DNA of 64,000 bases, taken from the NCBI RefSeq assembly GCF_009914755.1, contig NC_060931.1; one strand, 5' to 3'. The translations under genes were made by a program, and so were the position numbers. A model generated the notes under the pieces. It saw only the letters and a list, made by a program, of their open reading frames with translations. It did no database searches and had not been told where the DNA came from. The DNA comes from the human T2T-CHM13v2.0 reference genome, Homo sapiens. Positions 1-15,113 of this stretch are shown here, piece after piece (the stretch's first letter is position 1; each line of letters begins with the position of its first letter).

Positions 1-253
1 GGTAGTAAGTGGTTCAGTTAATATTTAAATTTAGACTTATCAGGCTCCTCGGTTTCTATTCCAGTAGACCTCTGTTATTCAATCATTTCTAATTGATAAA
101 ACCATGTTATGAATGTAAATGTTGACCATACTGTTGCATGAAGTATTATATTTTGGGCTAGATAGAGTGTTCTAGTCACCCATACTAGCTATTAAGTTTT
201 TTTAGTTTTATTTTCTGTCCCTTGTATTATAAAAAAGAAAATCACTATACATG

Positions 254-279
254 CACACACACACACACACACACACACA
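254..279. repeat. (CA)n microsatellite
   Basis: Uninterrupted CA run. Confidence 0.95.
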
Positions 280-293
280 AACAAACATAAATA

Positions 294-915
294 CAGTAAA
301 TTCTTGTTACTTGCCGTAATTATGTTCTGTGAAGTCACCACAAACACTGAGTTAGTGAACACTGAACCATTGCTCCTCAGAGGAATACAGGGAGGGCTAG
401 GTTCCTGTAAGACCCTGGTCAGAACATTTCCATCAGTTGATCAATATATAACCTTGTGTTACGTGTATTTCTGTTTTAAAAACACTGTATTTAGTATATA
501 TTGTTGCCTCACTATAGCCAATGTCACTATAGCTCATGCCTGAGAAAAGCTTATTTAACTAACATACATATTTTCCCCATAGGGCATATCACAACCTTTT
601 TACACTTAGGAACACTAGTCAACACTTCAGTACTACTTTTGGGACCTATTTTAAACAGTGAAATCACCAACAAAAAGCACAGATACAGCACTAAATAGAC
701 TGTGAAAAAGACATTTGTTTACAGTAAGAACTGGAACAGGAAGGGACAGTGTCACCTTGTCTAACTTCAGCTGGGTGTGTGCATGTCAGGCAACTCAAAT
801 TTTTTGCTGGGTACATGTCTGTGAATGGCCACAAAAGTGCTGTATTGCTTTTTCAATCACAAACACATAGGTGAATTCACAAATATGGAATCAGCAAGAA
901 AACAGGGATCAACTG
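294..915 (+). mobile_element. MER82-like DNA transposon (TcMar-Tigger), near full length
   Basis: Starts ta|CAGTAAATTCTTGTTA and ends GGGATCAACTG|tg (degenerate TIRs, TA target site). Internal motifs ACTGAACCATTGCTCCT, CTTAGGAACACTAG and AAATCACCAACAAAAAGCAC match the recalled MER82 consensus. Confidence 0.85.
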
Positions 916-994
916 TGCATACATGTATAATTATCGAAAATGTTTTATCAAAATATACATTACTCTAATTCTCCAACATAATGTTCTCGACCAG

Positions 995-1420
995 TTCATT
1001 CATTCAGCATATATACTGAGCATATACAGTGTGAAAGGCACTGTTGTCAGCACTACAGATTTAGTCATCAACAAAACAGGTATAGTCCCTACTTTCATTG
1101 ATGATACAGTATATTTTTGTAAAAGTGAATAATATGCTAAGTGATGATATGCACCATAAAGAAAAAGCAAGAGAAAAATACAGACTGACATTGATGGAAC
1201 TTTTTTACATAAAGTGGGTGAGGAAGACCTAACTCGTATGGTGGCTTTATAGTAGGGACCTGAAGGAGACAAAGGAGTGAGCCCTGTAGATATGAGAGAA
1301 GAGCATTCCCAAGAGAGGAAACTGCAAATGCAAAAGCCTAGGAGAGTTTCATGTTTAAAGCGTTGCTCAGAGAGGGCTAGGATTTTAGGAGATGAGGTCA
1401 GAAAGTTAGAAAGTATTATA
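995..1420 (-). mobile_element. L2 LINE 3' fragment
   Basis: TTCATTCATTCAGCA...AGGCACTGTT...AACAAAACAG is the reverse complement of the L2 3' end. Confidence 0.75.
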
Positions 1421-2164
1421 GAGTCTTTAGGACATAAGCCCATGATACCCAAAATCTCTTTTATAAAAAACTTTCTAATTTTTTTTTTAAATTCTTTCTC
1501 CTCTAAAGACATGAATTGCCTTGTGAATGATATAAACACGATTTTGTTATTAACAAGTGATTGAGGTACTTAATCCCTACTTCAGGGCAACTTCTGGGTC
1601 CATACAAAAACTTACCCAGAATCACCTGCTCCAGTTTAAGTTTCAATATTAGGACAAGGACTTGCAGTGTCTGCTGAAACTTTGGTTTAACTTTTCCTGG
1701 GGAAGTGAAAGTAGGATTTTCAGCTATTTGTTTCTGATTACTTCTAAATAAAATTTTAGTTGTTTTGTTACTCCCTCCACCCATGTCCCCTGGTCCTCCA
1801 TCTTTCCCAGGAATTCTGGGTACCTAGTGAGATTTCTGTGATTTTCCCAATTCTTGCAGTTGTCCCAATGTATCACCTGTTGAGAGACAGTCACTGGAGC
1901 TATAACACACCTTATCTTGGTATAACAGTGGATATGTTTGAATATAAGCAATAGATCGAAACCAATAACTTAGAGATGCTTTATTTTGATGAGTGGATTT
2001 GAGAGAGTAGGGATGGTAAGTGACACAGTGGAAGTCTAAAATTACAGGATAATATTTAAACCTTGCAGTGCTTTGCACATAATAAATGTTTAGTTAATGT
2101 CTTATGATCAACTAATGAATGGAAGCTGCACTAAAATATAAACACAATTTAGTTGCTTCATACT

Positions 2165-2760
2165 ATCTCCACATCTGCCACCTTAATGCAAGCCACCATC
2201 ACCTCCTGCCTAGAATTTTGCCATAGCTTCTAGTTAGTCTAAGTCTACAATTGATCCCCTGCAGTCTGTTTTTGTTCAGCACAGCAGTTAAAGAGATTCT
2301 TTTAAAATTCAAATCATGTCACGTCATCATTTAAAACCCTCCATCCCCTCCCTCCCTTTGCTTCAGGATCTACTGCCATTTCCTAAAAATAAAATAAAAA
2401 ATCCTTAAGATGATCTACAAAACAGTATACAATCTAATTTCAGATCTTATTACCCTCCCTCTCCTTCATTCTGGTCTTGCCACAGTAGCCTTCTTGCTGT
2501 TTGTTAAACACACTAAACACACTAAGTATGCTCCCACCTCAGGGCCTTTGCAGCAGCTGTTCCCTCTGACTGGGTTGCTCTTCCTCCATTTATCTGCATG
2601 GCTAACTCCCATCAGCTCCTTGAAGTTTTTGCTTGTCACTTTCACCATAAGGGCAGCCCTGACAATCCTAATTAAATTTGCAATTCTGTACCACATCAAC
2701 TAATCACTCTCATCCTAACCTATTTTTTCACATTTTTCTCATTTCTCATTAGAAAAAATT
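2165..2760 (+). mobile_element. L2 LINE fragment
   Basis: L2 motifs AAGCCACCATCACCTCCTGCCTAGA and CTCAGGGCCTTTGCAGCAGCTGTTCCCTCTG. Confidence 0.75.
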
Positions 2761-3350
2761 CTAATTTTTCTCATTTTCCAATTTACTGTTCTAATTTTAA
2801 TAATTTTCTTTGCTCACTGAAATGTGGACTGTTTGCGGAGTGATGCAGAGGCTTTAGTTAGGGTTTTGTTTTTGTTTTATTTTCTCCTCTGGAAATGCTT
2901 CTCCTGGATCTAGACCCATTTAAATCCTACCCATTCTTCAAGTTCCAATTTAGATATTCAGAAGAATTCTTTGTACTTCTTCGCTACAGTATGTTTTCTA
3001 CTTAGCATGATGTCTCTCTTTGTTTTTTTTTTTTTTTAGAGAGTATGATTTTTATTTTAAATTCAGATTATTTAAGAATATTCATTTTCTATTATCTGAC
3101 CTTCTTTATTCTAGAATACAGACGTAGTAGTGAACAAAACAAAATCCTCACACTAATGTACATATATTTAAAATAATCCTTTTTAAAAATTACTGTTTCA
3201 GGTACATTTCTAATAAATGAATTTAAACACAATGATTCACAATAAACAGTGCAGTTACTCAAATACATTAAAGGAATAGTATTAACAATACACTGTCATC
3301 ACCATATTTTTTCCAATATCAGACAACTATTTTGAGGATTTAGATAATTC

Positions 3351-3382
<32 letters not shown>

Positions 3383-3386
3383 GCAC
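3351..3386. repeat. (TA)n(CA)n compound microsatellite
   Basis: Direct reading. Confidence 0.9.
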
Positions 3387-3719
3387 AGACATATGGAATG
3401 TTTTGCATATTTTCTGGCAGATCAGAGCTACTCATACATACAAATAAATACTACCTTTATTTGTATGTTTGACAGAAGGCAGAATGAAACCAGTTGTATG
3501 TATGTAAGCCAAATTGACTTCTGAAAATATCTGTAAATAATTAAATATTCTAGTTTAGTGTAGTTATATTCTATATTCCAGTAATAGGAAAACAACATCT
3601 AACCTCCATCTTTAAAATGTGGATAGAATAAAATAGTAATTTTGGGAACCCCCAGTTAAATTGGGGTTCCAATACCAGATTAGCTAGCAACCCTGCCCTA
3701 ATGAAAATATGGGAGCAGA

Positions 3720-4020
3720 ACATTAGTGTTTAGTGGACCTTGCTTGGGCTACATTTTTAACCTGGTGAATGGGCTAATGCCTATTTGTTGGACCTGTGAT
3801 GGGGGGTTGGGGGGGCGGGTCCCTCACGTGGGAAACTTGTTTATACTGGAAGGTGTCCTTGTGACTCTTACCTGGACTCATGTGCTGTTTATACCTGCCT
3901 GACCATCACTCTGGCTCTGGGAGCCTGCCTTTGTGTTCTCCTCAGCTTCCTGGGGAAGCCCACAGTTCTTCAGATAGAAGGCACAAATTAAAAACACCAC
4001 CACAATAGAAAAACAAGACT
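3720..4020 (-). mobile_element. ERVL LTR fragment (MER74/MER73-like)
   Basis: GGTCCCTCACGTGGGAAACTTGTTTATACTGG...CTTGTGACTCTT...CCTGCCTGACCATC resembles the reverse complement of the MER74-family LTR core. Confidence 0.55.
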
Positions 4021-4025
4021 CTCTT

Positions 4026-4391
4026 TGTATTACAGTATTTTTCCATTTTCACAGAAAGCATATTTGAGCCTGGGCAATTTACAGAAGAAAGAGGTTTATT
4101 GGACTTACAGTTCCACATGGCTGGGGTGGCCTCACAATCATGGCGGAAGGCAAGGAGGAGCAAGTCACATTGTATGAGGATGGCAGCAGGCAAAGAGAGA
4201 GCGTGTGCAGAGAACCTCCTGTTTTTAAAACCATCAGCTCTATTGAGACCCATTCACTATCACAAGAACAACATGGGAAAGACCCACCCCCATGAATCAG
4301 TCACCTCCCACTGGGTCCCTCCCACAACACATGGGAATTATGGGAACTACACGATGAGATTTGGATGGGGACACACAGCCAAACCATATGA
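4026..4391 (-). mobile_element. THE1 (THE1B-like) solo LTR, ERVL-MaLR
   Basis: GAAAGAGGTTTATTGGACTTACAGTTCCACATGGCTGGGG...ATGAGATTTGGATGGGGACACACAGCCAAACCATAT is the reverse complement of the THE1 LTR. Confidence 0.92.
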
Positions 4392-5820
4392 ACTACCAAA
4401 ATATATGGTCATTTTACTAGAAAAATCAATAAAGAAAAATCTGGACATTTGTTATTTTGATTGCTGGCTGCTAGTTTATTTGGATTTATAATTGGGTATT
4501 GTCATGTAGATGAGTCCAATTTGTACATTTTGAATTCTGTTTTTATAATTATTTGCTAACTTACTACATTGCAGAGTCTAAAAGTGAAATCTTTAATATT
4601 CAGGTCCCTGGGAAATCTACTCATTGTTTCCATCACTGATGCGGATTTCAGATTTGGAGTCATACTGGAATTCTAGATAAAGCATCCTGTTTCTTCCTGT
4701 TCAGTAGAAGAATGAGGTGGGATCATTCCCATATATACTCATAATATATGCTTTTTAAAGCCACCATTTCCCAGCACTCTGCTCCCTTTATTTTCAGTTA
4801 GGTCACCTCTGATTTGTTGGCTGTATACTGCTTGCACTGGACTACCCATCACTTCCTGAATACATCATGCCAGTCCAAGAATATGTATTTATTTTTGATA
4901 CCCAGAAGAACTGGCCTCTTGCCTCAGTTTTCTCTTTATCACTTCAACTTTCAAAACCCTGCTTTAAAAAGCCAACTCTGTTTTGAAGTCTTCCAGGTAT
5001 AATTCAGCCCTACCACCTCTGTGTTCTTAAGGTATTTTATGTATTATACCTCTATCATACAACTACTCATTGTTCAAGTTACTTAATTACGTGTTTGTTT
5101 GTTTGTTATATTTCCCTGCTCCCATGTCACTATATTGTAACTTCTTTGTTTATTTTTATATTCTGGCACCACATTCAATACTGATTCACAGGGATCTAAA
5201 ACATTCTAGTTATTCAGTCACTCTGTCCTGTGTGGCAGATAGGACTTATGTATCTTCAGAATATTTGAGGAGTCATTCTCAGAGTCTCTCATGAGTGCTC
5301 AACTTAACTGTTCCACAAGTCTGTCTTCATAGCTGCATGTTGCATCTTCCAGTCTCTGTTCTTAAGTTACCTTGACCAATCTTGTGAGACTTACACAAAA
5401 TATACGGCCCCTCCCTGCAGAGGGACAACCTTCTCAACTTCACCCTAAGAAAACAGAACATTTTTAGCTCCTGGCAAACTTGAAGACTACCAAAGACAGA
5501 AGACCTGTGGAAGAAAGGAGGAAGGGCAAGCCCTACCTTCATCAATAAGCTAAAGATTTCCACCTCCTAGAGGTTCCTGTGCTCCTAAGGCAACGTTTAC
5601 TTTATTAAATATAAAATTAAAAATTCTACGGGAAATAATTTGCTTTGGATTATTTCACCGTTGTTTGAACTTTTCCAGACAAGGAAAGATGATTTTTTCC
5701 ATATTTGTGTGGCAAAAGGGATATTCTGACAGCCTCCTTCCCCTTCCCTCAGAAAAAGTTTTAGAAGGAGAGTTAGGTAACAAGGAGCCTCGCTATTCTG
5801 CAACCATGAATATCTAGTAA

Positions 5821-6151
<331 letters not shown>

Positions 6152-6676
6152 TCTAGTAACTTTTAAATAAAGTTGTCTCATTAAAAATAGTTCCCATTCT
6201 ACTTTACCAGGAAATCTGCTACAAACAATTGTTTAGAGCAGCATCTCATAATCCCAAGGCATTATTCTCTACTTCCTTTTGTAGCAAACGTGTGTATAAG
6301 GCACAGTGGATAATACAGGAATATATAATTTTATGCATTTTATAATTTTAATTCAGGATGTTTTTGCAAGCTGGTAGAGTCTCCATGACATGTACTTGAA
6401 ACAGAATCAAATTTATTGAGCATCCAGTCCAGGTACATTTTTGGTTTGCATTATTTCATTTTAAATTTCCAAAAACATTTTCAAAGTAAATACTTTTATT
6501 TACAGTTTGTATATGAGAAAGCTTAGACTAAGAATTTGTCCATAGCTATTAAATAGAGAAAGCCAAGCTTAATTTGTAGACCTTCTTATCTCCAAAGCTC
6601 ATGCAATTTTTCTATGCTCTGTTGATGATTTTATTATTAGCCAAAAATAAATGCCGTGAGAATTTCAGAGGATTCC

Positions 6677-6973
6677 TTTTTTTTTTTTTTTTGAGATAGG
6701 GTCTGGCTCTGTCACCCAGGCTGGAGTGCAGTGGGTGCCATCATAGCTCACTATAGCCTAGACCTCCTGGGCTCAAGCAATCCCCCTGCCTTAGCCTTCT
6801 GAGTAACTGGAATTACAGGTACATGCCACCATGCCCAGCTAATATTTTCTTTTGTAGTGATAGAGTCTCACTATATTATTGCTCAGGCTGCTGTCACACT
6901 CCTAGACTCAAGCAGTCCTCCTGCCTTGGCCTCCCCAAGTGCTGGGATTACAGGCATGAGCCACCATACCCTG
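6677..6973 (-). mobile_element. AluJ-like SINE
   Basis: Poly-T followed by a diverged dimeric Alu (CTCCTGGGCTCAAGCAATCC). Confidence 0.93.
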
Positions 6974-7021
6974 ACAGATAATTGCTTTATATGAAAGCTC
7001 ATTTTAAAAATTTTACATTTA

Positions 7022-7153
7022 AGCTGGGTGTGGTGGCTCATGCTTGCAGTCCCTGCACTTTGGGAGGCCAAGGCAGGAGGACTGCTTGAGGCCAGCCTGG
7101 GCAACATAGTGAGACTTTATCTCTACAAAACATTAATATAAATAAAACAAATA
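7022..7153 (+). mobile_element. Alu monomer (FLAM-like)
   Basis: GCTGGGTGTGGTGGCTCATGC...GGGCAACATAGTGAGAC with an A-rich tail, flanked by a TTACATTTAA duplication. Confidence 0.9.
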
Positions 7154-7214
7154 CTTACATTTAATTTTCCCCTGCCATATACAGATGCACAGCATTAAAG
7201 CACATATAGTTCCA

Positions 7215-7365
7215 TTAAATCTTCACAATTACTATAGTAGACATTTTTTTCAATTTTGCAGACAAGGAAACTGAGACAGAGAGGTTAAGTAAAATGTACA
7301 CATTTTAACTGGTGAAGCATGTATTTGAAACCAGATTTTTCTAAGGCTAGAGTCCACATTCTAAA
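7215..7365 (-). mobile_element. MIR SINE
   Basis: Core motif ATTTTGCAGACAAGGAAACTGAGACAGAGAGGTTAAGTAA. Confidence 0.8.
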
Positions 7366-9555
7366 AAAATGTGGTACTTTATCTCATACAAACCTAGTAG
7401 TCACATTTGTTAGTGTCAAATGTGTTTACTGTAAATTAAGTTGTGTTGTGATATTTTGTATACCAAATTGATTTTGTGTTTATATACACGTATTTTGTTG
7501 GTTGATATTTATGTGTGTTTGCGTGTGAGGGAGATTTAGGTTTTGTATGGCTGCTCCTCATTTGATTTTATATTTAAGCAAAATTAATTTTATTGTCATC
7601 AATGTCACAGAGAACTTGTGTGTATTGAAAGGCATGAGTTCTTTGGCAGATTTATACCTAACTCATCAATATTCTTAGTTCCATATTTTATATTCAAATT
7701 TACTTCTGCATACATTAGTTTACATAGGGTATTTGTATATATCAAGGCATGTCTATGTATGTGATTTTTTGACATGTTTTCTACCATCTATGGGTATACA
7801 CCCCAGTGAATGAATTTAAACACATCAGAGCCTCTCTTTATACAATGACAATCCATTATCTATTTTAATTTTACAACAAATATTTTCAGAATGGGATAGT
7901 TCCTATTACCGGAGGTTAAACTGTAATTTGAATTTATCTGCCCCAGACTAAAATCAGCACAGCAGTACATTGCCTTTGTCATACTATTAAACATTGTGAA
8001 ATTGTCTTTCTCATTGGTTTTATGCAAAGAGAAATCCATTCGTTGTACAAGTACAGAAAAATGAATTTAATATCTATTATTTTAAATATAAGAGAGAGGG
8101 AGGATGCATTAATAGATTTATGTATGACACATATATATCCAAAAAGAGTGAGTTGCTGAAAAGACTTCTCACTAGGAAAAGGTAATCATTCTAAGTCAGA
8201 GTTACAATGATTTATCCCCCAAAAAATACGATATTGGAAAAGGAGATACTTTCCAATTTGTCATTTGATTCAGTTACTCATTTTTAAAAGAAATAATTGT
8301 TTTCCTATAGATTAGCCATTTGAAAATAATTGCATTTAAGTATTCTTGGAAGTTGGTTTTATTTAAACAATATGAAATACCATCAGAGTACTTATAATTT
8401 TCCTCCCAGGAACAAGTACAGTCTAAAAACACTTATACTGTTGTTATTTTTAGATTTTGTCTTTAGCATTTTATTGTCTCAAGTGGCTTCACAGCTATTA
8501 TAACTAAAATGTAGAGACCAAAGTTTTATCACTTTCTAGATTCAAACTAGAAGTTCTGTGTTAGAGCTGGAGTTATTCTTCAAGATGAAGAACTCTTATT
8601 CTTTTTATTTTAAAGATTCTGTCAATCCATATGCCTATCAATATTTTGGAACTAAGATTCTTTCTGTGTCACCATATGTTTGACTTTTAAAGCAAGAGAT
8701 TGTGATTCTGGCCTCATCACAGTCTTTACACATAGAATCTGTTGTTGGAATTTTCTGTCACTAGGACCTTTTTTTCTTTAAATTCAGCATTGTAAATCCT
8801 CCTATTCTCCCAGTACAATGTCTTGCTTTTATTTTAAAAAAATATTTCTTTCAAATGTGTTTATTTTTTTCACTTCTTTGACCATATCCCAGTCTCTTTT
8901 TATGTACAGATACCATATTATTAGCTAAAAAATAAATGCCATAAGAATTTCAGATAACTACTTTGTAGAAAATCTCATTTTAAAAACTTACATTTAATTT
9001 TCCTCTGCTATATACTGACAGTTCCCTTTGAGCTAGCCTGTTTATTTATCTGGTCTTGTTGCACATTTGAAACTTTCTCACTTTTACTTCTTCAAGGAAA
9101 TTTGTGTTTATATTTTGTCAGGCCTCTCTCTTCTATACTTCTTGCTAGATTATTGCTTGCTGATATTGAGGTTTTTTTCTCTTTAACCTCAGATACAGTT
9201 TTCCATTCTTTCCCTTTTCTCTAGTTGCATATGACATGTGCCTGTCTTCAACATATTACCTATTCCCAATAATTATTCCTAATAATTGGCGACTGTTATC
9301 TATCTATGAATGGAATTTAATAACCAATCTCACTACAGAAATGGTATTATTATATCATCATTTTACCTTTATACTCTATCAGAATATTTGCTTAGGAACC
9401 TTTTAATACGTATTACATTTTTAAAAATTGCCCCTTTGCTGTTTATCAGTGCTAGTACTTATTTTGTCATAAGTTATAAAATTCATGAGCAAAAAGGGAT
9501 TTATATGTTTTATTTTCTTTTTAAAAAATCCAGTTCCTTTGGGAGATAAATGTTC

Positions 9556-9703
9556 TTTTTAATTTTTGTGGGCACATAGTAGGTGTATGTATTAATATTT
9601 ATGGAGTACATGAGATGTTTTGATACAGGCATGCAAAGAGAAATAATCATATCATGGAGAATGAGATATTCATCTCCTCAAGCATTTATCCTTTATGTTA
9701 CAA
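9556..9703 (-). mobile_element. L1MA-type LINE 3' end fragment
   Basis: TTTTGTGGGCACATAGTAGGTGTAT...GTACATGAGATGTTTTGATACAGGCATGCA...CCTCAAGCATTTATCCTTT. Confidence 0.85.
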
Positions 9704-11609
9704 GTAGATTTATGTTCTTACATTAAACTTTTAGGTATTCAATACTATTGTACAGGTAAATTTAATTCTTTAAAAAATGTATTATTGGTGCAAATAATAG
9801 TCTATAAAGATTTCCAACTTAATATGATGTTATTTTACATAATGTAGGAGGATCAAAACACTGGACAATGGGGAAGTTAGTTGTCTCTGATTGTTTTTGC
9901 TTCTGAACCATATACCCAGACTATCCAGAATGTAAGTTTATACGATTAATAGTATTTGAAATTCCATATAGTCTTCCATTTTTTCCCCATGTTATTCTCT
10001 GGTATCCTTTCTTTCAGATAAGATTAAACATTTTTTCTCTAAAAAATGTACAAAATATAAGCAAAAATGGCATATTTTATCCTGGATCACATGGTAAATT
10101 TCAGAACATGGTGGGATATATGAAGTTAAAATACAAATAATCATGACTGATAATTTTTTTTAATCCTTGGATATTGGAAAATCTAATTTTCTCAGTATAT
10201 ATCTGTAAACATTAAATTTATCTGTTCTATCTTAAAGAGTTATAGGATTTTGTATATTCCATCATTTCAGAAAGATTTTAGTCAATTTGCTACCATTATA
10301 ATAAACAATGGATCTAATCAAAGTTAGAGGAAATATATGGAGGAAAATAATAAAGCTAGAATAGGAATGGATCACAGAAATATTTTCTGTATAGACCCGT
10401 TCGGTTGCTGAGATGGGCTTCCATCTATCTTTGATGTACTTAGCAGCTAAATTAAAGGAGGCAACATATTCAGTTATCTTATGAATGCTATGTATAAAAA
10501 AAATTTAAGCAGCTGCTAGATGGAATCATAGTTTTTCCAGATGCTTAGACCTACAATAATTTTGTCTAGTTCTCATGAAGACACACTGTGTAATATAGTG
10601 TATAAGCAGTAACCCCATAATAGATACAACAAAGCTATTTCTTATGATAATAATCAGTGTGTGCCAAGTAGGTAACTCCAACGTGAAGTTCAGTAAAATC
10701 AATCGTAAGAGGTGCTAACACATTGCATTTGTCGTTAGAATTAGTTCATTCATGGTCTGATCAGATTGAGATGTAAAATGCAGACTATCTGGCCTGAGTA
10801 ACAGATGCTCTGTATGTCATTTAGGCAATCCTCCATAAATATTATTTCTTTCAACTAGAATTTTGATAAGGATTAGATAGCAAAGAGTACAAAGTTTGTA
10901 CTCTTCAGCAAGAACATAAGGTTCAGAAATCTTACCTGGCTTAGCTGGATTATCTAAGGAGAATATAAAGTTGAAGAGTCTATAAATTAAGGAGCCTAAA
11001 CCAGAACCTTGTCTGAATAAATGGGCCCCAATTTCACCTACTCATGGGAATGGGTTTAGAAAAAGTGAATGGGAAGAGTGAAAATCGTTTGCAAAAACAT
11101 TTCAGAATTCATTCCAAAGTACATGATTAGGAATGTAAAGCCCTAAGCTTCATCTATAGGATATGATCTGTGGCTCCTAATGGGATTCCTAGTACTTGTT
11201 TGAGGGCACAGGGACTCTGCTTTCATTGCAAGGGGTAAACCAAACATTTATTCTCTAATATCTTTTGGTAAATAATAAATCCAAAGTAAAGATTAGCATA
11301 TTGGAATGCATTCTTCTGTACAGTATTTACCAGATATTGATAGACTATGCATTTTTCTCTGAGCATGGCCATGATAATAATTTCACTCAAGAAAATATTC
11401 AAAGTAGTTGTTTTTAATTACCTACTGTAGTCACAGGTAAAACTTGAGGAAATATTCAAATAAAGTTTACTTTTAAGAAATTTAGCTTCCTACTGAATAG
11501 GATACATATCTTTAATGAATAAAAATATTTTAGGGATAATATAGTCAGTAGTTTTTATTAACCTGTATTGGACATCCTTCAAATGACCTACATTTATTTT
11601 CTTTCTCAA

Positions 11610-11985
11610 GGGCTTTACATAGGATAGATTACTGTCTCCTGCACCTCACACCTGCTTTGTTAATAACCTTTCATCCTTTGGCTCAGAGCATAGAAATTCA
11701 CTTCCTCTAGGAAGCCTTCTGAATTGCAGACCTGATTAAGTCCACCTGATATTTGATCTCATTGCATCTTGTACTTTCCCTTCCTATCAGTGATCACAGT
11801 TTGCTATTATATATTTGTATGATTACTAATTTTTGTCTTCATACCCTGAGGAACTGACTGTGTACTTTCTTCTCCTTCTGTTAGCCAGGTACTTAGCAGT
11901 AGGTGGAACACATTTATTCAGATCTTTGTTGAATGAATACTTGAATGAATGAATGAATGAATGAGTGAATGAACAAATGAAGTAG
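11610..11985 (+). mobile_element. L2 LINE 3' end with (GAAT)n tail
   Basis: CACTTCCTCTAGGAAGCCTTCT...TTTGTTGAATGAATACTTGAATGAATGAATGAATG. Confidence 0.8.
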
Positions 11986-12107
11986 CATTAAAATTCTTAT
12001 CTGGTCTATCAAACTGAAATTTAATTTATTAAATTTAGTCACCATTTAATAAATGTTTTGCCTCTTGAAGTTATTACACCAAAAAAGCACTATTAAATAT
12101 TTCCTGA

Positions 12108-12452
<345 letters not shown>

Positions 12453-12531
12453 TCTTTTGTTTTGTTTTGTTTTGTCTTGTCTTTTTTTTTCTTTTCTTTT
12501 CATGATACCATACCATTTTTCACTATGTAAG

Positions 12532-13188
<657 letters not shown>

Positions 13189-13888
13189 TCAGCCCTTTCT
13201 TTTCGTAATATTCTGACTTAGATGGACATGCAGTAACAATAATAATCCTTATAATGGATATTAAAATTTAAGACACTTCAACTAATTAGAATAAAGCTAT
13301 GGACTCAGAAGTAAGCAAGCAAATAAAAATATATAAGGGTCTCTAATCATGTCTTATATTCTATTACCTTTATACTGAAATACATGCCCTATACTTGTTA
13401 TTGCTCCTTGTTTACATGACTTCCTAGGCCACTGCCCATTAAAGTCCATATTTTTGATGGGGTATCAAAAGGAATAGCCTCATATAGAAGAAAATAGCAT
13501 TTTTAGAATCCCTTGAAATAATGCACATACTAACCATGATATACTCTCTGGATTCATTCAGTGAATGTGAAATCACTCTTAGTACATTATGCTGATGACC
13601 ATGAAATAGAAGGAAGAGACGAAGTTATCTTTTTTTGTGTACACCTTGAGATGGGGAAGGAACTATACAGCAATAAACTATTTTGAAATCACAGACTTCA
13701 ATTTGATTTAAAAATCCTACTGAACAAAGACGTTTATTTTTGGTCTGCTTAAAAAATGGATCGAGTATTGATTGAATGCTGTTTGCCTTTAGTTATTTTG
13801 AAAAATAAATAATTTGTAGCACTTAATTCCCCATGATGATGAATAAATAAAAGCATTATTATGATTAGGCCAAAAAATTGTGTTATCT

Positions 13889-14246
<358 letters not shown>

Positions 14247-14269
14247 TTAATATGAACATATAATAGTGA

Positions 14270-14605
<336 letters not shown>

Positions 14606-14957
14606 AATTACTTCAGTTTTTCTTTTAGTTGTTATAGTTACATATGATAACTGTTTATCATTTTCAGTTTACCTAATTTAGATTTATATAATTTTTCATC
14701 ACAATGAGTAATTCTTGTTGCCCTTGATTCAAGTCTGTGGATTTTTTTTCCTCTAATGAGGTTTTAATCGACATTATCCCTATGTCATGCTGTTTATGCT
14801 TTCATTTACTTATTTTAAAATATTATTAGAGTTAAGGTTTAATATAGAATGGCTATTTATGCATCTACTTCTTTGCCTAGCAACTTGCATTCTATCATTA
14901 AAAAGTTTAATTTCTGACTTATGAGGCATATATGAAATATGGCAAAGATAAAGTTCA

Positions 14958-15113
<156 letters not shown>

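Noticed and set aside
1000-1564. Longest ORF (179 aa, - strand) and an overlapping 95-aa ORF
   Set aside because: They overlap an L2 remnant, have no recognisable domain and no exon context.
3800-3822. G-rich run with G-quadruplex potential
   Set aside because: Short G expansion inside an LTR remnant; no independent evidence of function.
5225-5600. Possible old LTR starting TGTGGCAGATAG
   Set aside because: Family, ends and TSD could not be established by eye.
10395-10484. Acceptor-like TTTTCTGTATAG followed by a 29-codon open frame
   Set aside because: Short pyrimidine tract, no convincing donor, and an unrecognisable peptide.
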